64,000 bases of DNA from an uncultured Bacilli bacterium (GCA_944372195.1 CALVYK010000005.1:3447-67446); one strand, 5' to 3'; counted from the first letter of the stretch, positions 19,891 through 30,516 are shown. Translations and numbers: made by a program. Notes: a model not told the origin generated them from the sequence alone.

Positions 19891-20172
19891 CTATTCTTCT
19901 AATAACCAACTGAATTTTTCATCAAATTCATCTTTAATATCTCCAAATGTAGTTAGATTATTTTTTTTAAGACGTTCTTCAATATCTTCCCTTGTAGAAA
20001 TATCATACCAAAATCTTCTAATTTTTCCTTTTACATCTTCCTTTTCAAAGATCTTTATTGTTTTATCAATTATTTTGTTGATATTACCTTTATTTAAACT
20101 TAGACCCGGATTAAAAATTTTTTTATAAAGAAAATCCATTATCTCTTTATCATAATTTATATTTTCTTTCAT
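19891..20172 (-). CDS. hypothetical protein
   Basis: ORF convergent with the 19290-19881 pair. Confidence 0.4.
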   Translation of the reverse strand: MKENINYDKEIMDFLYKKIFNPGLSLNKGNINKIIDKTIKIFEKEDVKGKIRRFWYDISTREDIEERLKKNNLTTFGDIKDEFDEKFSWLLEE

Positions 20173-20310
20173 ATTTCACTATCTCCTTTAGTCGGTTATT
20201 ATAGCATATTATTATTAGTTTGAGAATACCTAATTAGAAAAATGTTGTTTTATTGGTATTGTTTTTAAATAAATTATAATACTTGTAGTTAAATATAATA
20301 TACTATCATA

Positions 20311-20434
20311 TGTTTGGAAAAGTATAATTTAACAAACAATTAAATCTTGCGTGATTTAGTTGTTTTTTTGTGTTTGGAAAGGTATTTATTTTAGTTTTCA
20401 AATATTTGGAAAGTTTTTATAGGTTTTCAAATAC
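20311..20434. promoter_or_regulatory. res-like cluster of resolvase binding half-sites
   Basis: TGTTTGGAAA(A/G)GTAT occurs at 20311 and 20371. The palindrome TTTTCAAATATTTGGAAA lies at 20395-20412. TTTTCAAATAC lies at 20424. All are just upstream of the resolvase ATG. Confidence 0.55.
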
Positions 20435-20488
20435 TCTAGTGCTATCTATTTTACTACTTATTATGATGGATGAGAAAGGAGAAAGCTC

Positions 20489-21103
20489 ATGGATAATAAG
20501 AAATTTGGGTATGGACGTGTTAGTAGCAAATCACAAAATGAAGTTAGACAGGTGGAAGCATTTAAGAAGTATGGTATTGATCCGCGAGATATTTACATAG
20601 ACAAGAAAAGTGGTAAAGATTTTGAAAGAGAACAATATCAAATATTAAAAAAAATCCTTCGAGAGAATGATTTGTTAGTTATCCACAGCATTGATAGATT
20701 AGGTAGAAATTATGAAATGATAGTTAATGAGTGGAAGGATATAACTAAGAATATTAAAGCTGATATAGTTGTTTTAGATATGCCTTTATTAGATACTAGA
20801 CAAAAGAAAGATTTATTAGGTACTTTTATTAATGATTTAATTCTACAGTTATTATCTTATGTTGCACAAACTGAAAAAGAGAAAATTAATACTCGACAAC
20901 GTGAAGGTATAGATATTGCTCTTAAATATGGTACTAAAACTGGTAATTCATTTGGAAGACCTAAAATAGCCAAACCAGACAATTTTGAGGAAGTAATTAA
21001 AGAATGGAAAGATAAGAAAATTACTGCTCGTTCTGCGATGAAATTATTAAATCTTAAACCTAATACTTTTTATAATATGGTTAAGGATAATAAATTTTAT
21101 TAA
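20489..21103 (+). CDS. small serine recombinase (resolvase/invertase family)
   Basis: The catalytic region is FGYGRVSSKSQ, followed by DRLGRN and a C-terminal HTH. Confidence 0.88.
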   Translation: MDNKKFGYGRVSSKSQNEVRQVEAFKKYGIDPRDIYIDKKSGKDFEREQYQILKKILRENDLLVIHSIDRLGRNYEMIVNEWKDITKNIKADIVVLDMPLLDTRQKKDLLGTFINDLILQLLSYVAQTEKEKINTRQREGIDIALKYGTKTGNSFGRPKIAKPDNFEEVIKEWKDKKITARSAMKLLNLKPNTFYNMVKDNKFY

Positions 21104-21150
21104 CTTGATTATTATTAAATAATACGAGAATGATAATTTAGTAAATATTA

Positions 21151-21768
21151 TTATAAATAATCATGTAATGCGTACTCTATCTCATCATCATTCTCTTTTT
21201 TAATCTCTGGAAATTTATTTTTAACTCTATTGATCATTACCTTTTTATTATCTGATGGATTTTGTTCAATGTACTTTCCTATTTCTTCTATGTGTTGGTA
21301 TAAATAGGTATCTTTTCTTTTGATATTAGGTTCTCCATTTCTTGTATAATATCCTTCTTCATTTTTTTTGTAATTATTTCTTTTTAGAAAATAATATACT
21401 TGGGTTAGACTTTTATCTATTCCTGTTACCTCTTTTATTCTACTTTGAGCCTTTCTATAAGAGCTAACTGGATTATTTTTAAAACTTCTTCTGATTACTT
21501 CTTTATACTTATCTAAATTTGAGTGATTTTTTCGATTTTCAAACATAAAATTTTTATTTTTACGATATTTTTTTACATAATTAAAAATGGTTTTTCTACT
21601 TATACCTGTTTCTTCAATAATCTCGTTTATATCCATGTATAAATCATAATAATAAATAATTTCACATGGGATAACAACAAGTATATTGTCGTCATTGACG
21701 CTGTTAATAATATTGCTTAATCTTTCTCTTTCTTTTTCTGTTAAATTTAATGGTTCTAACTTCCTCAT
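21151..21768 (-). CDS. HTH-domain protein, function unknown
   Basis: HTH-like segment ETGISRKTIFNYVKKY. Confidence 0.45.
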   Translation of the reverse strand: MRKLEPLNLTEKERERLSNIINSVNDDNILVVIPCEIIYYYDLYMDINEIIEETGISRKTIFNYVKKYRKNKNFMFENRKNHSNLDKYKEVIRRSFKNNPVSSYRKAQSRIKEVTGIDKSLTQVYYFLKRNNYKKNEEGYYTRNGEPNIKRKDTYLYQHIEEIGKYIEQNPSDNKKVMINRVKNKFPEIKKENDDEIEYALHDYL

Positions 21769-21957
21769 AACATCACTTCTTTACTTACTAAATATTATAC
21801 AACTATTGTTCTAAAGTGTAAACATCCCTAACGAATTTGTAGAAATATTTCAAAAAAATGATAATAACTTAGTCCTTTTCCCTTATTTTATTGGCTTTTT
21901 TTGTTGATAGATTTGTGGGGCTTTTTTCTTATATACCTAGTGGAGGTGAAAATAAAA

Positions 21958-22131
21958 ATGAAAAAAGAAATCTTTCGTCAAAAAACACTGTTTGATGACG
22001 AGAATAGCGACTATCTTTTTTTAGTAGAGGAACTACGAAAAATAAGACTTAAAGAAAGAAAAGAAAAAGAGAAAAAAGCTATTCAGAAGTACAATGAAGC
22101 CTATGTAGCTTCAAGAAGAAAAAATAAATAA
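21958..22131 (+). CDS. small K/E-rich protein
   Basis: GGAGGTG lies upstream of the ATG at 21958. The gene sits immediately upstream of the helicase gene. Confidence 0.35.
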   Translation: MKKEIFRQKTLFDDENSDYLFLVEELRKIRLKERKEKEKKAIQKYNEAYVASRRKNK

Positions 22132-22145
22132 TAGGAGGAAAGATT

Positions 22146-23531
22146 ATGAAAGAAAATTTTAATACTTGTGAAGTTGAATTATCTACAGATAGTTTAACTT
22201 CACTTTCTCCAGAACAGGAATCACTGTTCAACATAATGGAGAATACCGATAATAACTTATTAATTATCGGTGGAGCAGGAGTTGGGAAATCATTTTCCAT
22301 TTCCTACTTCAGAAAACATAGTAAGAAAAAAATATTAGTGTTAGCACCAACTGGAGTAGCAGCCTTAAATGTTAAGGGACAAACTATACACTCAGTATTT
22401 AGGCTCGAACCTACAGTTCAAGATGTGGATGATTTTAATTATTTATTTAAAATACCAAAACCCATTAAAAAGTTGATTAGAGAGGTAGATACAATAATAT
22501 TAGATGAAGTATCTATGATAAGACCCGATTTAATTGATATTATTGACCAAAAATGTCGGATTATCATGAATAATTCCTTACCTTTTGGAGGCATACAGAT
22601 TATTTTTGTAGGTGATTTGTTCCAGCTATCACCTATAGTTAAAAATAGAGCCGAGTACGACTTTTTAATGGATAAGTATCATGGTACACATTTCTTTAAT
22701 GCTCCATTAGTTCAAGAATCTGATATTAAAGTATATGAGCTTACAGAAATATTTAGACAAAAAAACTCTGAATTTAAAGATTTATTAAATAAAGTTAGAG
22801 TTGGAAACGTTTCACAAGACATACTGGAGAAAATCAATTGTCGTGTGGGCTTACCTAATAATGAGAAAGCATATATTACTTTAACTGGTAAAAATGTTAC
22901 TGCCGAACGTATTAATAATTCAAAATTAAATGAACTTGAGTATGAAGAACATATTTATTATGCTGAAGTAAATGGTGATATAAGAGAAAATAGTTTTCCT
23001 TGTGATGTTGAACTTCATTTAAAAGTAGGTGCACAAATTATGATGGTAGCTAATGATGATAAGAGAAGATGGGTAAATGGAACTTTAGGCACCATCACAA
23101 AATTAAATAAAGGTGCAATCTTTGTAGAAATTGATGGGGAGGAATATGAAGTTAAGGAACATGTTTGGAAAAACTACAAATACGAATACGATAATAAAAC
23201 AGGAAAAATAGAACAGGTTGTAGTCGGTGATTTTAAACAATTTCCAATAAAATTAGGTTGGGCTATCACTATTCATAAATCTCAAGGTAAAACTTTTAAT
23301 TCTGTTTTCATTGATTTAGAAGATGGAGCCTTTGCTACAGGTCAGGTTTACGTTGCCTTAAGTAGATGTACTTCTTTAGAACATCTTTACTTAAAAAATA
23401 AAATAAGTATGCGTGATATTCAAGTAGATAACGCAGCCTTATGGTTCATGAGAAATGTGAAAATATCTAATCTAATTGAAGATGGTAAAGAAGTAGATTA
23501 TACCTATAATGTAGATAGAGAGAGTGAATAA
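22146..23531 (+). CDS. Pif1/RecD-like SF1 DNA helicase
   Basis: Walker A is GGAGVGKS and Walker B is ILDEVSM. The C-terminal motifs ITIHKSQGKTF and VALSR are present. Confidence 0.85.
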   Translation: MKENFNTCEVELSTDSLTSLSPEQESLFNIMENTDNNLLIIGGAGVGKSFSISYFRKHSKKKILVLAPTGVAALNVKGQTIHSVFRLEPTVQDVDDFNYLFKIPKPIKKLIREVDTIILDEVSMIRPDLIDIIDQKCRIIMNNSLPFGGIQIIFVGDLFQLSPIVKNRAEYDFLMDKYHGTHFFNAPLVQESDIKVYELTEIFRQKNSEFKDLLNKVRVGNVSQDILEKINCRVGLPNNEKAYITLTGKNVTAERINNSKLNELEYEEHIYYAEVNGDIRENSFPCDVELHLKVGAQIMMVANDDKRRWVNGTLGTITKLNKGAIFVEIDGEEYEVKEHVWKNYKYEYDNKTGKIEQVVVGDFKQFPIKLGWAITIHKSQGKTFNSVFIDLEDGAFATGQVYVALSRCTSLEHLYLKNKISMRDIQVDNAALWFMRNVKISNLIEDGKEVDYTYNVDRESE

Positions 23532-23623
23532 AAATCACTCCTCTTCCCTATTTAATTTAAGTGATAATTAGTTTAAAAGTATATATAATATGCACGATTA
23601 GGAAATCTAGAAAGGAGTTAAAA

Positions 23624-25249
23624 GTGGATAATTTATTAAAAATTGTAGCAATTTACACTAGGGTAAGTACGACTGATCAAGCGCGTGAGGGACATTCTCT
23701 TGAAGAACAAGAATTAAGATTAACTCGTTATTGTGAGGCACAAAATTATAAAATTTATAAAATTTATACTGATGCTGGTATCAGTGGAAAAGCAGCGGAT
23801 AATAGACCAGCCTATCAACAGATGTTAAAGGATTTGAAAAAAAGAAAGTTTAATTTAATACTATCGTTTAAAATGGATAGGATAAGTAGAAGTGTTATTG
23901 ATTTAGAGGATTTTTTTAATATCACTAAGAAATATGACTGTGGTATTGAATTCTTGTTTGAAAAAATTGATACAAGTGGTGCCGCTGGAATGATGTTTGC
24001 ACGTATGTTAGGAATATTTGCTCAATTTGAAAGAGAGTTAATTCAAGAACGCACTCTTGTTGGTGTGGAGAGTGCGGTAAATAAAGGACATTTTGGAGGC
24101 AAACCAGCATTTGGTTATGAAAAAGAGGTTGTAAATGGTGAAAAAAGAAAAAAATGGGTTATTAATGAAGAAGAAGCAGTTATTGTTCGTGAAATATTTA
24201 ATCTATGTTTAAAAGGTAAAACTTATACGCAAATTGCCAAAGCGATAACTGAAAAATTTCCGGGATTAACTTATACTAGAAAAAATCCTAAAACTAAAGA
24301 AATAGAAACTAAACAAAAGAAATGGACTGATGGTAACATATGTAAAATATTAAATAATAAAGTATATTTAGGTATATGGGAACATCATAAAAATAATAAA
24401 GACAAGGATACTGTTGAAATAGAAGGTAAAATACCACCTATTGTAACTGAAGAAGTGTTTTATGAATGCCAAGATAATATTGATAAAAATAGTAGAAACT
24501 ACTATCGCAGTAAGAAATATTTATTTATGCAAAAATTAGTATGTCCTAATTGTGGAAGAATATTGGCATGTAATGGAACTCGTAAGAAATCTGGTAAGAC
24601 ATACCTATATTATAAATGTAAGGATTGTAAAATATATTTTAGGGAAGATAATTTAGAAGAAGCGTTAGTAAAAAAACTTGCTGAATTATTGGAACTATAT
24701 TTGGTATTAGAACAAAATTATGTTGCTATTGATAGTGAACTAGCCAAAAAATTAAATTGTGGAAAGATTAATCATACAATTAGATACAGTCTTGATAGTA
24801 TAATGATTAATAAAAAAATGAATAGCGTTAATCATAATTTATTAACCTATATATGGGATAAAGCATCTTATGAAGTTAAATGTGATTTTATAAATGAGTA
24901 CATTGACTCTATACAGCTAAAGTCTAAGAAAATAAAGAATAAATCTGTTATTGAAATAGTAGATTTAAAATTAAAAAAATTTAAAGTACGAGAATTCTTT
25001 GAAATGAAAGAAAAGAATACTTTAGATAAAAAAAGAATTGATAGCTCTGTTAATTATTCAGAGTTTAAAAATATCCAAGAAGCATATCGTTATGCAGATA
25101 TTCTTAAGCAGAAATATAATATTAAGGTAACAGAAGTATCAACAACTGGCTCATATTTCTGTAATGAAAATATGATAAGAATTATAGGTATTAAAAATAA
25201 AAATATTATCGAAAAAGATAAATGGCTATTTATTGAATTAGTTACCTAA
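23624..25249 (+). CDS. large serine recombinase (island integrase)
   Basis: AAAGGAG precedes the GTG at 23624. The catalytic motif is IYTRVSTTDQ, followed by MDRISRS. A recombinase domain and a Cys4 zinc ribbon (CPNCGR...CKDC) are followed by a coiled-coil tail. Confidence 0.92.
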   Translation: MDNLLKIVAIYTRVSTTDQAREGHSLEEQELRLTRYCEAQNYKIYKIYTDAGISGKAADNRPAYQQMLKDLKKRKFNLILSFKMDRISRSVIDLEDFFNITKKYDCGIEFLFEKIDTSGAAGMMFARMLGIFAQFERELIQERTLVGVESAVNKGHFGGKPAFGYEKEVVNGEKRKKWVINEEEAVIVREIFNLCLKGKTYTQIAKAITEKFPGLTYTRKNPKTKEIETKQKKWTDGNICKILNNKVYLGIWEHHKNNKDKDTVEIEGKIPPIVTEEVFYECQDNIDKNSRNYYRSKKYLFMQKLVCPNCGRILACNGTRKKSGKTYLYYKCKDCKIYFREDNLEEALVKKLAELLELYLVLEQNYVAIDSELAKKLNCGKINHTIRYSLDSIMINKKMNSVNHNLLTYIWDKASYEVKCDFINEYIDSIQLKSKKIKNKSVIEIVDLKLKKFKVREFFEMKEKNTLDKKRIDSSVNYSEFKNIQEAYRYADILKQKYNIKVTEVSTTGSYFCNENMIRIIGIKNKNIIEKDKWLFIELVT

Positions 25250-25441
25250 AATTTACTTATCTAATTCAAAAAAATAAAAAAACATAGTAGAAAGGTACGA
25301 AAATTAAAGTTGTAAATTTCCTTTAAAATCCTGCCATTGTGTAATTAAACTCCAATATAATTTGGAGTTTTTATTAAATATGCCAATTTAATATTATTTT
25401 GTAATTAGAAAATATGGTATAATAAATTTGTGGAGGTTTAT

Positions 25442-25972
25442 ATGATTTTAATGAATGCTTGTGATGATGTTCAACTTTTAAATATATTAAGTATATTCAA
25501 AAGTTTAATTAGTTTAGTTACAATTTTAGTCCCGGTAATTTTAGGTATTTTTATCATTATAGATGTTATAAAAACAATTAGTAGTGATGAGGTAGATTCA
25601 AAAAAATTATCTAAAAGTATTTCTAAGAGAATAATAGCAGCAGTGCTTATTTTTCTAATTCCATCGCTATTAAACTTTGTAATAAATTTGATTCCTATGG
25701 GCAATTTATATTATATTGATTGCTATAACAATGCAACAAAGGATAATGTTTTACAAATTTCATTAGATAATGCTAACACATCAATTTCATTGTTAGAAAC
25801 TAGTGTAAATACTTTAAAAAATAGCAAAAATAGTACAAATTATAATAATGCTTTGACGGCTTATGAACAAGCAAGAAAAGATGTAAAATTAATAACTGAT
25901 AAAAATGTTAGAGAAACATATCAAAAAAAATTAGATGATTATAAAATAACAATAGAATCAAATAAACCATAA
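25442..25972 (+). CDS. VirB2/TrbC-like two-TM protein with a coiled-coil tail (distant paralogue of 49311 and 51490)
   Basis: GGAGG precedes the ATG at 25442. Two hydrophobic helices are separated by a charged loop (TISSDEVDSKKLSKSISKR). Confidence 0.4.
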   Translation: MILMNACDDVQLLNILSIFKSLISLVTILVPVILGIFIIIDVIKTISSDEVDSKKLSKSISKRIIAAVLIFLIPSLLNFVINLIPMGNLYYIDCYNNATKDNVLQISLDNANTSISLLETSVNTLKNSKNSTNYNNALTAYEQARKDVKLITDKNVRETYQKKLDDYKITIESNKP

Positions 25973-25999
25973 AAAAAGTTTTAAAATGATATTTCATAT

Positions 26000-26530
26000 T
26001 TAAAACTTTTTTTTGTAAAATATAAATCCAATAATATCTAAAATTGCGTATATAATAATAAATAATCCGATTGTAGAAAATATTAAATTAGTATCCAAAG
26101 CAACATATAATCCACATATTATTAATAAAATAGAAACAATTAATCTACTAATAAATGATATGTTATTTTCTTTATTATTCAAAGCTTCAATCAATCTAAT
26201 GATGCCAGTATAGATAATCCACCCACCGCATATTAATCTAAATGTCATTTCAATTAAAGAAGAAAACATGATTATAAATAAACCGAATATAATTAATATG
26301 ACACCTAAAACCAATTTAGATTTGTATTCGATATTCAATTTTTTTAGTGTTTTTCTATAACTTAAAATATTAAAAATGCCGATAATAAGTAAAATGCCAC
26401 CAACAATATAAGAAACAAAATTTAATATGCCACTAGGATTAGTAAATAAAATAATACCAAATATTAAAAATAATATAGAACTAATTAAAGAAGTATCATT
26501 AGAGTATTCAATAACAGTTATTTTTTTCAT
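26000..26530 (-). CDS. HdeD/DUF308-family membrane protein
   Basis: Six TM segments with a repeated GxxLxxxG-type pattern. Confidence 0.55.
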   Translation of the reverse strand: MKKITVIEYSNDTSLISSILFLIFGIILFTNPSGILNFVSYIVGGILLIIGIFNILSYRKTLKKLNIEYKSKLVLGVILIIFGLFIIMFSSLIEMTFRLICGGWIIYTGIIRLIEALNNKENNISFISRLIVSILLIICGLYVALDTNLIFSTIGLFIIIYAILDIIGFIFYKKKF

Positions 26531-26629
26531 TAATAATCACCATTATTAATTATACAATAAATAAATTGACAAATCAAATCTATAAGTATAAAATATTTAT
26601 ATGATGGGTAATTTAGAAAGGATAATAAA

Positions 26630-28930
26630 ATGTTAGAATTAAAAAATATAAAGAAAAGTTATAAAATTGCTAATTATACACAGGTAGCATTAAATGATAT
26701 TAGTTTAAAATTTAGAAAAAATGAATTTGTCGCTATTTTAGGACAATCTGGTTCAGGTAAAACAACTTTACTTAATATAATTGGTGGATTAGATCATTGT
26801 GATAGTGGTGATTTAATTATAAATAATAAATCAACTAAGAAATTTAAAGATACAGATTGGGATGCATATCGAAATAATTGTATAGGTTTTATATTTCAAA
26901 GTTACAATCTAATAAGTCATATAAGTATTTTATCTAATGTTGAATTAGGTATGACATTAAGTGGTGTTTCTAAAAAAGAAAGAAGACAAAAAGCAATTGA
27001 AGTATTAAAAAAAGTTGGTTTAGAAAATCATATTAATAAAAAACCAAATCAGTTATCTGGCGGTCAAATGCAAAGAGTTGCAATTGCAAGAGCTCTAGTT
27101 AATGATCCAGATATAATTTTAGCTGATGAACCAACTGGAGCATTAGATTCAAAAACAAGTGTGCAAATAATGGATTTAATAAAAGAGATAGCGAAAGATA
27201 AATTGGTTATTATGGTAACACATAATAGTGAATTGGCACATGCTTATGCTAATAGAATTATCGAATTAAAAGATGGTAATATAATAAGTGATACTGATAA
27301 ATTAGAAAAACAAAATAACAGTAAAACTTATACTATTAAAAAAACAGCTATGAGTTTTTTAACTGCATTATCTTTATCATTCAATAACATAAAAACTAAA
27401 AAAGGAAGAACGTTATTAACTGCTTTTGCTTCAAGCATTGGGATAATAGGTATTTCTATTATATTATCTCTATCAAATGGTTTTGATATGCAAATAAATC
27501 AATTTGAAAAAAACACTTTGGCAAGTTTTCCTATTACAATAAGTAGGCAAGCTACAGAAATGACAGTTGAAGACATGATGTCAATGACACCTGATAAAAG
27601 TGAGTCATACACTGATAAAGAAGTAATTTATCCATATGATACAGCTTCTTCATTATTGCTTCATAAAAATGTATTTACAGAAGATTATTTAAACTATATA
27701 AATAATATTAATCCTGATTATCCAATCGGTATATCATATTTACGAACAATGAGTTTAAATATGTTAATAAAAAATAATGATAAAATTAAATATGTTAATA
27801 ATTTAAGTTTAACTTCATTACCTAAAGAATTAAAAGAAAGTGAGCAAACATTTTTAGAATCAGCTTATGATTTATTAAAAGGAAGTTATCCTAAAGATAA
27901 AACCGAAATAGTTATAGCTGTAAATGAAAAAAATAGATTAGAAAAAACTATTTTAGAAGCTTTAGGAATAGATACAACTAAAGAAGAAATTAGCTTTGAT
28001 GAGTTAATTGGTAAAGAAATAAAAATAATATTGAATGATGATTTTTATATAAACAATAATAATTATTTTATACCTAATATGAATTATGATGAAATATATG
28101 ATGATGGTATTACTTTAAAAATAGTTGGAATTGTAAGAGGTAAAGAAGATAATATGCTTGCACAAATAGTTAATACTATGAGTATGAGTACAGGAGCGGG
28201 TAATATTCTATATTCTAATGAATTAGCTGAATATATCGTAGAACAAAATAAAGATTCAGAGATTGTTAAAGCACAACAAGATTTAGATTATAACATATTA
28301 ACTGGGGAACAATTTACAAAAAATTCTACTAAAGATGATATGTTAGCATACTTAGGAGCTAAAGATATTCCATATATGATAAATATATATCCAGTTGATT
28401 TCAAAGCTAAAAAAAATATAATAAATTATTTAAATGAATATAATAAAGATAAATCAGATGAAGATAAGGTAATTTATACTGATTTAGCTGATACTTTTTC
28501 AACTTTATCATCTAATATTATGGATGCAATCGGTTGGGTGTTAATAGCATTCTCTGGTATATCATTAGTAGTTTCTTCAATTATGATAGGTATAATAACA
28601 TATATATCAGTATTAGAAAGAACAAAAGAAATAGGTATTTTAAGAAGTTTAGGGGCAAGAAAAAAAGATGTAAGTCGTGTATTTAATGCGGAAACATTTA
28701 TAATCGGATTAACATCTGGGTTAATAGGTATAGTAATTGCTAGACTATTGTTATTCCCAATAAATGCTTTATTAAAGAATTTAACAGATTTAGAAAATGT
28801 AGCAGTAATGAATCCTCTTCATACATTAATTTTAATTTCAGTTGCTATTATTTTAACTTTAATTGGTGGATTAATACCAGCTGTTATAGCAAGTAGAAAA
28901 AATCCTGTCGAAGCTTTAAGAACGGAGTAG
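26630..28930 (+). CDS. fused ABC transporter ATPase plus FtsX/MacB-type permease
   Basis: Motifs are Walker A GQSGSGKTT, signature LSGGQMQR and Walker B ILADEPT. The C-terminal FtsX-like four-TM region ends in the typical NPVEALR. Confidence 0.9.
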   Translation: MLELKNIKKSYKIANYTQVALNDISLKFRKNEFVAILGQSGSGKTTLLNIIGGLDHCDSGDLIINNKSTKKFKDTDWDAYRNNCIGFIFQSYNLISHISILSNVELGMTLSGVSKKERRQKAIEVLKKVGLENHINKKPNQLSGGQMQRVAIARALVNDPDIILADEPTGALDSKTSVQIMDLIKEIAKDKLVIMVTHNSELAHAYANRIIELKDGNIISDTDKLEKQNNSKTYTIKKTAMSFLTALSLSFNNIKTKKGRTLLTAFASSIGIIGISIILSLSNGFDMQINQFEKNTLASFPITISRQATEMTVEDMMSMTPDKSESYTDKEVIYPYDTASSLLLHKNVFTEDYLNYINNINPDYPIGISYLRTMSLNMLIKNNDKIKYVNNLSLTSLPKELKESEQTFLESAYDLLKGSYPKDKTEIVIAVNEKNRLEKTILEALGIDTTKEEISFDELIGKEIKIILNDDFYINNNNYFIPNMNYDEIYDDGITLKIVGIVRGKEDNMLAQIVNTMSMSTGAGNILYSNELAEYIVEQNKDSEIVKAQQDLDYNILTGEQFTKNSTKDDMLAYLGAKDIPYMINIYPVDFKAKKNIINYLNEYNKDKSDEDKVIYTDLADTFSTLSSNIMDAIGWVLIAFSGISLVVSSIMIGIITYISVLERTKEIGILRSLGARKKDVSRVFNAETFIIGLTSGLIGIVIARLLLFPINALLKNLTDLENVAVMNPLHTLILISVAIILTLIGGLIPAVIASRKNPVEALRTE

Positions 28931-28934
28931 AAAT

Positions 28935-30506
28935 ATGAAATATTTAAAAATAATTATCAGTTTAGTTTTAATTTTATTGTTATATTATTTTATGTTACCA
29001 CCAATAAATTTAAGTGATCCAAATTTTTGGGTATTTGTATTTATTAGTGTAGTAATGACATATATAGTTAGTTTAATTATATCAAGTACAGAAATATTAA
29101 AAGTTATAATAAACAATAAAAAAGTAAATAAAAAATCATATATTTTATTAAGTGCATTATTTATTATATTTGGTTTAATTATAATATTTAATGTTGCAAA
29201 TTCGCCATTATTTATGGCAAAATCATATTATAATAGAATAAGTGTTAATAATAGTGATTTTACTATTGATGTAGAACCTGTTGATTTTGATAAATTACCA
29301 TTATTAGATAAAGATTCTTCTATGAAGTTAGGAGATAAGGTAATGGGACAAATGACAGACTTAGTTTCGCAATTTGAAGTATCAAATCAATATACACAAA
29401 TTAATTATAATGACGATATTGTAAGGGTAACGCCATTAGAATATGCTAGTATAATTAAGTACTTTACAAATAGAAATAATGGAGTGGCTGGTTATATTAC
29501 GGTAGATTCTGTAACTGGTGAATCTAATTTAATAAGATTAGATAATGGTATGAAATATATGCCTTCAAGTTTATTCTTTGAAAATCTATATCGAAAATTA
29601 AGAATAAGTTATCCATTTACTATCTTTGGTGAGGTTAATTTTGAAATTGATGATGAAGGTAATCCATATTGGATAGCTCAAACTATAAAATATAGTGGCG
29701 TAGGACTTAGAAAAGAAGTTACTGGCGTAGTAATATTTAATCCAATTGATGGAACTTCTAACAAATATAAAGTAGAAGAAGTTCCAACTTGGGTTGATCA
29801 TGTTTATTCTGCTAATTTAATAATCGAACAATTAAATGATTGGGGATTATATAAAAATGGGTTTTTAAATTCAATATTTGGGCAAAAGGATGTAGTGAGT
29901 ACTAGTGAAGGATATAATTATTTAGCTATGAATGATGATGTTTATTTATATACTGGAATTACTTCCGTTTCTAGTGATGGATCTAATATAGGTTTTGTAT
30001 TAACTAATATGCGAACCAAAGAAACAAAATTTTATGATGTTCCAGGTGCTACTGAAACATCAGCTATGGCTTCCAGTGAAGGACAAGTGCAACAAATGAA
30101 ATATACGTCGACATTTCCTTTGCTAATTAACTTAGATAATAAGCCAACTTATTTAATGAGTTTAAAAGATAACGCTGGATTGGTTAAAATGTATGCTTTT
30201 GTTGATTATACAGATTATCAAAAAGTTGTTGTTACTGAAAGTTCTGAAGGAATATTAAAAGCGGCTCAAAATTATTTAGGCGGCAATATTACAACAGGCG
30301 AAGAATTAACAAAAGAAATAACAATTAAATCTATTAAAACAGCTGTTTTAGATGGAACAACATATTATTACATATATGATGATGATATATATCGTGCATC
30401 ATTAAAAATAAATCAAAATATATTACCATTCTTAAGTGTTGATGATAAAATTACAATAACTTATAAAGAATCTGATATAAAAGAGATAATTAAAATAGAA
30501 AAATAA
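28935..30506 (+). CDS. membrane-anchored extracytoplasmic protein coupled to the ABC gene
   Basis: Three N-terminal TM segments are followed by a large soluble domain. The gap to the upstream stop is 4 nt. Confidence 0.5.
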   Translation: MKYLKIIISLVLILLLYYFMLPPINLSDPNFWVFVFISVVMTYIVSLIISSTEILKVIINNKKVNKKSYILLSALFIIFGLIIIFNVANSPLFMAKSYYNRISVNNSDFTIDVEPVDFDKLPLLDKDSSMKLGDKVMGQMTDLVSQFEVSNQYTQINYNDDIVRVTPLEYASIIKYFTNRNNGVAGYITVDSVTGESNLIRLDNGMKYMPSSLFFENLYRKLRISYPFTIFGEVNFEIDDEGNPYWIAQTIKYSGVGLRKEVTGVVIFNPIDGTSNKYKVEEVPTWVDHVYSANLIIEQLNDWGLYKNGFLNSIFGQKDVVSTSEGYNYLAMNDDVYLYTGITSVSSDGSNIGFVLTNMRTKETKFYDVPGATETSAMASSEGQVQQMKYTSTFPLLINLDNKPTYLMSLKDNAGLVKMYAFVDYTDYQKVVVTESSEGILKAAQNYLGGNITTGEELTKEITIKSIKTAVLDGTTYYYIYDDDIYRASLKINQNILPFLSVDDKITITYKESDIKEIIKIEK

Positions 30507-30516
30507 TGTAGAATTT

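Larger units (their letters stand above)
11750..25338. mobile_element. ~13.6-kb integrative island at the tRNA-Trp 3' end (large-serine-recombinase type; IME/satellite-like)
   Basis: The 9-bp direct repeat CCTGCCATT occurs at 11750-11758 and 25330-25338. The recombinase gene abuts the right end. A tRNA-style terminator hairpin follows the right repeat. The element-side arms carry the inverted motifs AAAGTTG..AAATTTC / GAAATTT..CAACTTT. Confidence 0.7.

Noticed and set aside
20370-20600. 76-aa ORF overlapping the res-like region and the resolvase start.
   Set aside because: It has no ribosome-binding site, overlaps the resolvase coding frame, and spans the repeat array. It is better explained as regulatory DNA.
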